A stretch of 64,000 nucleotides of DNA from Oopsacas minuta (lineage: Eukaryota; Animalia; Porifera). Below are positions 10,099 to 20,575 of this stretch, one piece after another. The notes below the pieces were generated by a model, which worked only from the letters and a program-made list of their open reading frames with translations, was not told where the DNA came from and made no database searches. The translations under genes and the position numbers were made by a program. The stretch lies in NCBI GenBank assembly GCA_024704765.1, contig JAKMXF010000343.1, positions 1 to 64,000 of the forward strand. The letters run 5' to 3'. Position 1 is the first letter of the stretch. Every line of letters starts with the position of its first letter.

Positions 10099-11652
10099 CT
10101 AACAATCAAATATTTGAAAAGATGTTGAAAAATCACCTACATGACTATCATAATAATATGAGTAGATGGAACGTGAATTAGATTTATCGCTGAAAATAAC
10201 CACAGCTGCTGAATACCTTACCAAATTCACATCAACCAAACAAGACAGACCCATGTCCTTTGTCTGGGGGAATAAATCGTTATGTGCGGTCACCATTGGG
10301 GTAAGTCCATGCGAAAAAATAGCTGAAATATACTCGAAAAGAGTCGAATTTGGGTAGGAATCAAATTCCAGTGAAAATGGGTGGAATGCATTGGTTATCA
10401 CGAGACTGTAATATCCATGGTTCTTAAATCGAATCGTATAGTAGAGTTTGTCAACACAAACATTGAATTCGTGTACGGACAATTTCATTTTGAGGTCGTG
10501 TAAATATTTTAAATCGATAACAGCTGTCAAATACGAATACAACGGATAGTACATTGATGCTAAATACCGCTTGGTTGCCCTGGTTACCATATCTGACATA
10601 GGAATGATAAGAATGTGGTCATGTAGCGTGTGGTTTAGTGTCAATTTGGTGTCTAACTTTGTCTGAGTGGTGTCCTGATAGCCCCTCCAGTTGACGAACA
10701 CGATCGTACTTCCATTATTATCCAAATCCAATTCTCTGAAAAATGTATGCAACGAAACTGGTAGCATGGCATTCACGCAAATTACACTTTTTAGTTCCAT
10801 ATTGAAATTATTTAATTTAATTAGTTCACGCATAATTGAAACTGAAAGTCTTTTCAAAAAATATCCACAATCGTTTGTATAGTTGCCGCGTAGAATCCTC
10901 TCACTTTTCACATACGAGAATTCACTCTGCCACTTTTTAGAGCCACTATTCGTTGGTGGTGGAGGATTAGGAATCTCGACTATATCATTATTATATACAA
11001 ACAGAACAATTGTCACCTTTGGAAACAAGTTACTAACCGCGTTTTCACTGCTTATAAATTGATGGAGGGAGTATGAAGCAAGGATTGATTGCAATTTCTC
11101 GATATTGAAATATGATTCGATGGGTAAGGGACTACGTACACGGGAAGTCCTGTATGTACAATTAAGAGTGTAATATAAACCGTTCTCTACTTCCGGTAAA
11201 ACCGTGAGATATCCTCTCGACGAAAAGAGCCTCTGTAAACTCACAAAACGCCGAAATCCTTCTATTGGGTCAGCGGGAAATTCGGTTTCTAAAATATAAA
11301 CTAATCCGTTCGCATTGACGATATTTTCAGTCGTTTGGAATTTTCTTTGGAGAAATGTTAACACCTCTTGCTTGTTGTTGATTTGTTTACTTATACTAGA
11401 TTCATCAACAAGAATATATTCTGATTCAGAAAAGATGTGTAGTCCTTTCTTCACAAAATATGCCAAATCGGTTTTAACCTTAAGATCCAGGTTAATAATA
11501 TATACACACGAGTTGAAAATTATGTAAAACACGGCGAATATGATATAGCATTTCAACAGTTTACGTGACAACAGTCGTAAACAAACAAACTGTAGTGTAT
11601 ATTTACAATAATCAGGTAACATATTAACAACAAACAATATTTTCTGATTCAC
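10099..11652 (-). CDS. Uncharacterised single-exon type II membrane protein, possibly Golgi glycosyltransferase-like (O-fucosyltransferase-like fold)
   Basis: 517-aa uninterrupted ORF with an N-terminal hydrophobic anchor (CYIIFAVFYIIFNSCVYII) and a large lumenal domain. The functional guess rests only on loose resemblance. Confidence 0.4.
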   Translation of the reverse strand: MNQKILFVVNMLPDYCKYTLQFVCLRLLSRKLLKCYIIFAVFYIIFNSCVYIINLDLKVKTDLAYFVKKGLHIFSESEYILVDESSISKQINNKQEVLTFLQRKFQTTENIVNANGLVYILETEFPADPIEGFRRFVSLQRLFSSRGYLTVLPEVENGLYYTLNCTYRTSRVRSPLPIESYFNIEKLQSILASYSLHQFISSENAVSNLFPKVTIVLFVYNNDIVEIPNPPPPTNSGSKKWQSEFSYVKSERILRGNYTNDCGYFLKRLSVSIMRELIKLNNFNMELKSVICVNAMLPVSLHTFFRELDLDNNGSTIVFVNWRGYQDTTQTKLDTKLTLNHTLHDHILIIPMSDMVTRATKRYLASMYYPLYSYLTAVIDLKYLHDLKMKLSVHEFNVCVDKLYYTIRFKNHGYYSLVITNAFHPFSLEFDSYPNSTLFEYISAIFSHGLTPMVTAHNDLFPQTKDMGLSCLVDVNLVRYSAAVVIFSDKSNSRSIYSYYYDSHVGDFSTSFQIFDC

Positions 11653-12191
11653 TCATAAATACCTAAAGTGCATATATGTTGTTATACAGATTCTATTTGA
11701 ATACTAAGGTATTGGGAAGAATTATATGTTTCGTATCAAAGGCTTTGTTTGGTATATTGGTGAATTAATTGTTTGGAGGGGCTTTGTTTACCACTTCAAG
11801 AAGTGAGAAAACTATATTAGGTATTTGCTGAAGTAGGAAAAATCAAAAATGTAAGAAAACCCCCTCACTACTCCACTGATGGAAGGTATTTATGAGTTCT
11901 TAGCGTGCAAATATGGGACATTACCTCCCCCCTCATTCTATGAGCTATATTTTCACTCAGTTTCCACTGCTCCCCTTGTGGAGGTTACACTGTATTACAA
12001 TTTCTCAACTTATTAATAATGTCTTCCTAATTGATATATAGATAAATACATTACATACGCATATCAACAACAAACAAACAAACAAACAAACACTAAGACA
12101 AATGTCCCTCTTAGCTCTAAAGATAATTTCTATACAAAAACAAGCATAACTGATACATCAACAACAACAACAAGCAATGTACACAAGCAAT

Positions 12192-12869
12192 TTAATCAAC
12201 TCTCTTATATTTCTTCGTCTTCTCTTTCCTACCAAATAGCTTAGGTACTACAAGTCCTATACTTGCTCCGCACGTAATTGCATAAAAGATAATATTAACA
12301 TAGAACATATAAGGATATTCTGAGATATACTCGAACCATGATGTATAGCATGACGTCACGAATACGGTGAGTATCTCCGCGATTAAGGAACACCCACTTA
12401 ACCGATGTAGATATTTAAGAGTCTTTGGGGCAACCAAACACAAGACTATCCCCCAATCGGAGATTAGTAAGAACCACCCCGCGAAAAATTGCAATAAAGC
12501 ATGTGAATATGTGATTATCCCAAAGGTCCCATGCCATGATACAAAATGCGTCATTTCATCTTTCTCTTTCTTAAACAAAATAGCTGAAATACCAATGGTT
12601 GCCAGGGTAACGCCTAAAATATTCAACCCATAATGAAACCATTTTCTCTTCGGGAGAGGATATTGGAACACCCAAACGGCCTCGTTTAAGCAGATCATTA
12701 GTCCAATACACATGCAGAATGGGTGTATTTTAAACAAATCAAGATCTGTAAGGGGGTCATCTAATGTTAGTTGGATGGTCGGGCAATGGTATATAGTAGT
12801 TTGTATTAGAAAAATTACTAAGAGAATTTGAAGGAGGATCTGGATTGCTGGAGATTTTAAAACAGACAT
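12192..12869 (-). CDS. Cytochrome b561 domain protein (CYB561D1/D2-like transmembrane reductase)
   Basis: Multi-TM protein with HPFCM, FHYGLN, HFVSWHG and YLHRLSG heme-ligand His motifs. Confidence 0.85.
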   Translation of the reverse strand: MSVLKSPAIQILLQILLVIFLIQTTIYHCPTIQLTLDDPLTDLDLFKIHPFCMCIGLMICLNEAVWVFQYPLPKRKWFHYGLNILGVTLATIGISAILFKKEKDEMTHFVSWHGTFGIITYSHALLQFFAGWFLLISDWGIVLCLVAPKTLKYLHRLSGCSLIAEILTVFVTSCYTSWFEYISEYPYMFYVNIIFYAITCGASIGLVVPKLFGRKEKTKKYKRVD

Positions 12870-13280
12870 CTTTGATTGCTAACTTGTTAACTGTAAAAGA
12901 ATTGTAAATTTGACTACGGTGGCGGTTTATAACCAGGAGTTTCCTTAGGGATTGATCAGCACCAGCACCTGCCAATTCAGTAGTCAAAAGTCTCTACTGT
13001 GAGACTATTTCCAACAAGAGTGCTAGTATCTGGATAAACCCCTGATTACAAGATCGAATTTTATGGAATTTTTACTGTTAAGAAAAGCTTGACAATACAT
13101 GTTTGGCACATTTTTACGTGGCATGACACTCCAAAGATATTCGAAAAGAGATATGGACAACAAAAACAGGTGCATATAGCAATTATGAAATATCTCATTG
13201 CTGCTCGACGTCTATTTTAGGAAATATAACTATTAATTCAATAAAATATCAAATGAACTAACACAAAAATATTCTCTCTG

Positions 13281-16094
13281 TTATGACAGTACATTCTCTG
13301 TCATCTTTACAGTATTTCTATCTCTAACTTTTCTACACATTATCCGGCCTAACTGTTTCAAAACCTGCGCCTGGAAAATCTGTACAGGATAAACTTCACC
13401 GTCGATAGAATAAACTCCGTCTAGATCTTGCGGGATAAATCGAAACGCTTCAACTTTGATGATCTCAACATCACTATGTCTCTCTTTTTCCCAATCACGC
13501 ATAGCTTGGAGTATAGCTATACGTGTTTGGCCGCCTCGTGCCATTACAAGGGTGATATAGCCGCCACCTATATTGATGGACGGTGAATAATATATAAAGA
13601 GATCATGGATAAGATTACGCCATAAATGTCCAACAGCCCAACTATCGAAGAAAATGCTTTTATGAAAGTAATTCACATTTACGTGCGTTTTCCAGAAATA
13701 ATTGTCTGATATTGCTATTTATCGGTGTAAAACTTGGAATGTATCTTCACGATTTGCTAAAGTTGGTAGAAATTGAAATAAAGGCATAATTCCGTTCAAA
13801 GGCTGTATTATATGTACAAGACTACTATTGAGAAACCTAGTGTAGTCTTAATACTCACCCATAGCGTGACTTGGAGCTATCTTCATACTCCGAGTAAGGT
13901 AGGGTAATAAAGTTGGATTGAAAATTGTAAACAAGCTATCTATGGTAACCCAATCCCCAGAAAGTTGGTGTTCGAACGGCTCCAAGAGATTCGCATTTGG
14001 TACCTCAGGTTCTTCTATAGGGCCAGCTGATGTTTGGGGTGTGTTCGTATCAGGGAGTTGTCGTTGTGGACATATAACACCTTGTAAATAATATAATTAA
14101 ATAAACTTGGTAAGTTTAACCTCCACAATCGGTGCCTGTGGAAACGGGGTAGCATTTATTGGTGTTCCTGGGACCTCCGTTTGTGGCTGTTACACAGTAA
14201 AAACAAATCTTACCCATCATTGGCTTCATTCTAACACTTTCCTCTCCAGATAACATATCTCTAAAACTCTCCAGTCCTGTCGAATCATCAACAGACTGTA
14301 CAATATATTCCCTGTATGGTAAATACTGTAGAATACCATGATACACTTTATTAATCATACAACACTTTATACCCGCTAGTGTGAAGCGTATTTCCCCGAG
14401 GAATCTCAATTTCTCTGATTCTATGTCAGAATCTGCTATCATCCCCCAGCTAAAACCTAAAGGGGAAGGGGAAGGGTAAAAGGTGTGAAAATGTGGAAAT
14501 AGCGCATGCACATATCTTTGGTGTCTGCGGTACATCGTGATACCCCGATGGGTGAGGACATGTCCCCCATTAGCTATCAAACTTACTCATAAAGAAGTAA
14601 AGCTTCTCAGTCTTAGTTTCAGCTAACGCAATATCAAAAGGGACATAAGCTCCTAAAACTGCCATTAGTGCAGAGTTAACTACACTGTATTCCTCTCCAG
14701 CTTCCTGGAGTGCTGTCTTAGCTAATGCATTTCCTATATAGAGAGCATGTATGGTAAATTTGTTTGTTGTTTGTTTGTTTGGTAGTTAGTTTGTTTGTTT
14801 GTTTGTTTGGTAGCTAGTTTGTTTGTTTGTTTGCTTGTTTGCTTGTTTATTTTAGTTTGTTGTTTACTTATTAAACTATCCATCAACCTACCAGAACCAC
14901 ATGGTATAGGACATATAGGCATTTTAATAGCATTTCTCCAATCAGGTCTCCTCATGAGTCCATTTATAACCTCATGAACAGTCCCATCTCCACCTACACA
15001 AACTATCCCCTGTAGAGTAGTTAGATCATAGTTCTTGATTAGCTCAAGTGCATGGCCTTTATACTCAGTCCTTACTACATCAAGGTGTAACTCCGCATCA
15101 TCGAATATAGGTAATACCTACAATAGATCCTCGTTAGTACATACACAAGGTATCAGAGACGGGTTATCCGTGAGTCTCACAGATTCTCGCGGCTCTAACT
15201 GTAAAATTTCACAGGTTTTTGGCTCCTTAACAGTTTGCGTTAACGAGCGTAACTTCATTCATTTCCACCAAACTTTCGATATTTTTACACTTGGAATCTT
15301 CAAAAATTCCGGTGAATATTTTGATGTGGAGATACCAAATCTCACGGATTGCTGAGACACCAAGTTGGCATCTATGGGCCTGTAGATATATTCAAACATC
15401 TAGCGGGACATTATTATTCTTGACGGGATATAGCAATCAAAAAGCTGGCAAGTGCGTTATTGCCAAGTTTCGGCAGGACATAACACTCAAAATGCATCCG
15501 AAAAATAGTTCATAAAGTATACATAATTAGGATAAATTATGAAAAATAACTTTCCTCTTCCTTAAATATCTTTGGACAAGTCCCCTTCCCAGAGACTGGG
15601 TTCAAAATAACCAACAGTTTCCTATCTTTGAATGGATCCACCACCTCAACCCTAGAATCCACATCGAAATATTGAAAATATTTCAATAGATAGTTATGAT
15701 AAATTTTCAACAGCTCTTCTGTCCAGTTTATAATTACTTTCTTCTCATCTGTCTGACTTGACACCTCAATAGTTGCAGCTGTTTTTACAATAGTTTCAGT
15801 TCTAGTCCTATACCTCCCGCGGAAATAACTTGTAGTTTCGGGGTAACTGATAATAGACATCGCTCCATAGTTACTTTCTATAAATCCTCGTGTCTCATAG
15901 ACCTTCACAAATTTGATACCAACAATATCACTGTAATTTATCCATAAGACAATCCTGTTATTGTCTGTCGAGTAGAAAGCTATCCCGCTGGACTGGTTCG
16001 CTTTCAAGATTATTCGTTCCGTAAATTTGGGGTAGACCAACTGGACGTCAATCTCAAAACATTTTTCACTTGTGGATGGATCAACACAGGCCAT
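13281..16094 (-). CDS. SPHK: Sphingosine kinase (multi-exon, DAGKc family)
   Basis: Exons carry LLVILNPVSGKG (~15600), GIVCVGGDGTVHEVINGL...PIPCGSG (~14890-15119), LGFSWGMIADSDIESEKLRFLGEIRF (~14400) and IDGEVYP...QAQV (~13400). GT-AG introns. Confidence 0.9.
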
Positions 16095-16252
16095 TTCACC
16101 CACTATATATTTTCATAAAGTATGGCTTGAATTATATGCATTCTGAATTCAGTTATTTAGAAATTTGATACCCCGACTTCTTTTCACAAATTCTAAAATC
16201 TATTGACTATTGATTGTAGCCCCTAGTGGCTTCGCATAATCGCTTCCCTTGC

Positions 16253-16440
16253 TGAGAGGCGTAGCTAAATACCAACGAGGTAACCATGGAAACTGGGACA
16301 TAACACGTCACAGAATCACGTTAGGGAGTTGGTGAATAGATTCATGTATAGAATGCTATGATTCATGGAATGTAGTATGTGATTATATGTTATGTCCCCT
16401 GTCCAAGGGTGTTAAAATATGAATAATCACCCCGGCTACT
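16253..16440 (+). mobile_element. Dispersed repeat family B (~190 bp). Other copies at ~20925-21118 (reverse), ~43345-43502 (reverse) and partial ~56480-56560
   Basis: Shared ggcgtagctaaataccaacgaggtaaccatggaaactgggacataacac...caagggtgttaaaatatgaataa sequence across the copies. Confidence 0.7.
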
Positions 16441-16485
16441 ATTTTAATCGTGCATATTATTCAAAATAGTTGTAAACACTTTAAA

Positions 16486-18487
16486 ATGGACGGAAGATCT
16501 CTGAATCCAGAAGCGGTAGAATTCAGACCGCAAAACTTACCAATAACGAATCCTCCGACGTTCCTCCCCGCGCCCCCTGTCCTCGAGAACATTGCCAGCC
16601 TCCTGTGTCGTTCAACAGACTCTCCACCTCTTCAACAACTGATTGAGACATATAAATGTGTCCTCACCTTCATAGCTTCTAACCCAGAATCTTTTGATTT
16701 ACAAACTGAGTGTCTTAGAAGTGAAATTCATTTGGTGAGTTTGAAATTGTTATTTTATTGATAGACTTGTAAGATATTCTAGTTACTTGACACTTTCAAA
16801 GGTGACAAATACAAATACTTGAGGGGGGGCTTACGCCTTGTGGGCTCCTCTGGCGGTGATGTTTCTGTGGAGCTGGGTTGGGAACCGCTATTTTAATTGG
16901 TAGTACAGTTTGCCCGCTACTGTGCAGCTATTGACCTGATCATGCAGAATTTCCCGCTACTGTGATTTTGATATCATAATACTCCCCGTGAGCTAAAATT
17001 TCTTCTAATAGATACCACGTGATAAAGAAATAACTAAACAGATAAAGGAGGGTATCATAAAGATGAATATCGAACTAGCTATCATAGAACCAGAATACAG
17101 GAGTCAGTCTGCTAGATTATGTCTAAGGATTGATTCATTCTTTCAAGAATATTATCAGAGAGAATTTCAGGAATATCAAGATTTGAGTATGGATTATCTA
17201 AAGAAAAGGTTTGTTGGGCTAGAGTATCTGTTCCCGACTTGGCGGTTCGCAGACAACAGCAGGGGTCCACATAATGCGTTAAATTGGCATAGGGGGTTGA
17301 CGCGATGGGTGAAAAGGTTGGGAATTCTGGCCTAGAGGATCGATATAGGTTCCCCACTTTATTACACCGTACCATTCCTGAAGCTTTAGCCTTCCCTCAG
17401 GATCCGCCCCTGAATGTTGTCTCCTTATTTTTAACTGTTATAGGTATCTATCATTTGGTGATAAGATAGTACTGGAAGCCCCAGACCTTATAGAAGAGCT
17501 AGTAGGCTATGCTGCAACTCTGGCAGACTATTTAACTCGATTCAAGGGTCAGAAAAAATCAGTAGAGAAGTTAGGAAAAGCAATGATAGAGGTAATCTCC
17601 GCCCGATTAAGCGAGGTGTGGGTCTCGGCGCCAGGATTTGGGAACCGGCGTATATCAAAGTGTGAAATTGTGCAAATATGGTCCCAAACCGTTAAAGTAA
17701 CAGATACTTCTGTTACATCAAAATAATTATCACGGTCCCTTGAGCTTCGATATTACGGGAGTTGACTGTATTTGTATTATCTAGGTCCTTCTAGAAGCTC
17801 TGAAACGTAAATTCAACACAGATAACATTAAGACTATATATGATACAGTAAAGATGTCCTGTAGGACGCTATTTAATGTAGAAAAATTGAATGCAACGTT
17901 CGAGGAGCTTAGAGATAAACTTAGAGACATTTTGGTTGAACAATCAACTGATGAACAAGTGAAAAAATTGGTGAGTTGATTATCTTTGTAAATGATCCAC
18001 TGGAGATAGCCACATAGGGCAACCCCCTTTGGGTGTGCGAGTCGACACAGAAAGTGATTTGAGATTTTTATTTAAACTGCTTAAAGACTGCTTAAGAGGT
18101 TGTTAATCATATTCCCAATTTTCACACCTATTTATTATCTATTAGGTTTTGAAACTCCTGGAGTATATCTCTTATAACGAAGGCACCAGAGACTGTCTCA
18201 TACAAACAACAGACAACAACCAACAAATCAAACAAAACGGGACCACTATCAACAGTGAACCAACAAATCCAGAAGAATCGGACGATTATATGCCAAACAG
18301 TTTCATCCCTGGTCCAGAGATACCGGTAACAGACGCAGAGGAGTGGAGCGATTTTATCGATGAGTTCGGCAAACCGATAGAGTCACCATCCGACGAGTGT
18401 GGAGACGACCAGTTTATTGTAGGTCACGATTTGTTAAGCCCGTCTGTTGCGAGAGACTTTGTACAGTTTAGCTCAGAGCAAAAATAA
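16486..18487 (+). CDS. PAIP1-like protein (N-terminal PAM2 motif, helical MIF4G-like middle, acidic C-terminus), multi-exon
   Basis: Starts with SLNPEAVEFRP (PAM2 consensus LNPxAxEFxP). Helical exons at ~17090-17208, ~17390-17590 and ~17785-17970. Acidic tail DAEEWSDFIDEF. Internal exon boundaries are only partly resolved. Confidence 0.6.
17650..17770. mobile_element. MITE family A copy (partial), in a PAIP1-like intron
   Basis: caaatatggtcccaaaccg...aattatcacggtcccttgagcttcgatattacgggagttgactgta. Confidence 0.75.
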
Positions 18488-19057
18488 GGAATTTCCCTGG
18501 ATTACTTATTTAATGAACTTGGTATAAATTCATTGTTTGAATCGTCTCTTAAATGGAAAATTAAATAAAACTGGTTGCTATTGTGAGTATATTTCTAGTT
18601 ACAGTAGACTCTGATTAATAGTGTCACTTCTGGTTACGATTATTAAGGTGTTGGCTGGGTTAACCAGAGTTTACACTATTTTTTGATCGTTAGGGTTTGA
18701 AAAAGAGAGTTGTGAATGCAAAATTTGGATATAATCTGTGTAGTTAGTATAACCTCGTTAATGTGAACATCAGCGGACCGTCAAATATGTTCGCTTTAAC
18801 CGGAGTAATACCAATTGAAGAAATATTGTAGGGAACTGATTTTGTGTGAAGATTTGTTAGTCTTAACCTGAAATTCGTTTTTAACGAGGTTCCGCTGTAT
18901 ACTGAAATTCATCACCAGAATTATATTTTAACTGGCATGACTATATCTAAGTGTTTAATGTTATTAAATTCTAATATTTTAAATGATCAATCTCAATAAA
19001 TCTATTACAAATCCTGTTTGCGGACTTCCTTTTCCTTTTCCTTTTCCATCTCCGCAT

Positions 19058-20401
19058 CTATTTCTGTCGTATAATTTGTAATTTTAATTCTACATTCCCA
19101 GAAGTTTGTGTATTCCATCCTAACTTACTAATATTCTGATCACTAAACTCGAAAGGAAATCTGATTCTATCCAAATTTCCTAACACAGGAGTTATACCAA
19201 GAAAATATTCGCTCATTTGTTCCCATTTCGTCCTAGGGAGTAGCCTCCAAGTTGTCACAGTTTCTGAATATGTCCCAGGGGACAAATAGATTCTGAATGA
19301 TCCATAGCCTATATTCATATGTCTCCCCCATCTGTCTAAGGAATTTACTTCAAATAAAAATACAGGTTTATTTAAAGTCGGGAGTTCAGAGTAATTGTCC
19401 GCTGCTTTGAATTGATACTCGAATAAATGTCCAATTGAAATTTTCGTAGGTGTGAAAAATGATGACTGTGAAGATAAGTTCGTATAACATTCTTCGTTTT
19501 CACTCCCTAGCAACTGAAATGCACCTGGCAATGCTAGAAAATATTTCACATACACAGAAGATTTTGTGAAACCATAACAACAAGATATCTCTCCAAAAAT
19601 GTTGAAAATAGCTTCATCTGCCTTAATTTCGGGTTTATAGAACTTTTCCCGCCCAATTGCATTTGATAACGCTGTGTTTTGGCGCTCAAATATTTCATTT
19701 AAAATATTCACTTCTTTTTCAATATCTTTCCGAGAGGGGAGAATCGAATTGTGTGTCAATTTATACTCCCATGTGTCGCCGATAAAGTTATCAACTCGCA
19801 CCCATTTCTCCGAAAAATCTGGCTGTACCATAAGCGTCCCTTTTTCCAAAAGTGTAATTGTACAAACTACTTTCTCGTCGGGATGCTGACTGTCCTTTCT
19901 TCGTAAGTCCGCAAGTATATACATAACAGTTTTCGCTCCAACTTCAACATTTTTCAATGGTAAATTGACTACAGGGTTACTGCTAATACATTTATCACGT
20001 ACTAGTGTTCTTCTGGTCAAAGGTGTTTGTATATTGTCAGTTAATAAAGGAGGGTTTGAGTGAGTTATGTCGTGGAAATTATCTATATCCGTGTATGAGA
20101 ATAATCGACCGTTCGGTCTGGTGCCTAGCTCTCGAATTTGTACAATTTTTTGGTGATAAGATTGTGTCAAATTTGTGTGACAATTCCTGAAATCGCTATA
20201 CAATTCCTCTTCAAATTGACTGAACACTTTTTCCTGCCATTTGAACTCCCAAGTTTCGTATTCAGGTTCTGATAATACTGTTGTTTGTTGTTGTTGTTGT
20301 TGTTGTTGTTGATCCTGAAGTGTGAATAGAGGTGATAATCTCCGAAGTTCGAGTTTAACCACAAAATTTTTAAGCGGGTCTTTGAAATGATATAGTGTCA
20401 T
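19058..20401 (-). CDS. MKS1: Meckel syndrome type 1 protein (B9 domain, ciliary transition zone)
   Basis: DPLKNFVVKLELRR, WQEKVFSQFEEELY and LFSYTD motifs, plus a B9 domain (FEVNSLDRWGRHMNIGYG...PGTY...TWR). Confidence 0.88.
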   Translation of the reverse strand: MTLYHFKDPLKNFVVKLELRRLSPLFTLQDQQQQQQQQQTTVLSEPEYETWEFKWQEKVFSQFEEELYSDFRNCHTNLTQSYHQKIVQIRELGTRPNGRLFSYTDIDNFHDITHSNPPLLTDNIQTPLTRRTLVRDKCISSNPVVNLPLKNVEVGAKTVMYILADLRRKDSQHPDEKVVCTITLLEKGTLMVQPDFSEKWVRVDNFIGDTWEYKLTHNSILPSRKDIEKEVNILNEIFERQNTALSNAIGREKFYKPEIKADEAIFNIFGEISCCYGFTKSSVYVKYFLALPGAFQLLGSENEECYTNLSSQSSFFTPTKISIGHLFEYQFKAADNYSELPTLNKPVFLFEVNSLDRWGRHMNIGYGSFRIYLSPGTYSETVTTWRLLPRTKWEQMSEYFLGITPVLGNLDRIRFPFEFSDQNISKLGWNTQTSGNVELKLQIIRQK

Positions 20402-20575
20402 TATCTAATTCATAGCGGCGCATGTAATGCAGAATTTTATCTGCTTAAAATATAGTAGACTGCCATTGACCTGATTAACCGGAGTCTACTGTAATATTCG
20501 CCAGTTAGTTTAGATGGTTATATCCAACATGTACTGAGTCTAAATTTACATAAGAATATACAACAACTCAAGTTA

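Noticed and set aside
14755-14870. Intronic (AAAC)n/(GTTT)n tracts as complementary splice-bridging repeats (also at ~41820, 42120, 58755, 61135)
   Set aside because: Most introns examined carry only one orientation, so no intramolecular pairing between intron ends is evident. These are ordinary microsatellites.
17618-17648. tRNA T-arm/acceptor-like string (ggttcccaaatcctggcgccgagaccca on the minus strand)
   Set aside because: The B-box is imperfect and there are no D or anticodon arms. At most it is a repeat fragment.
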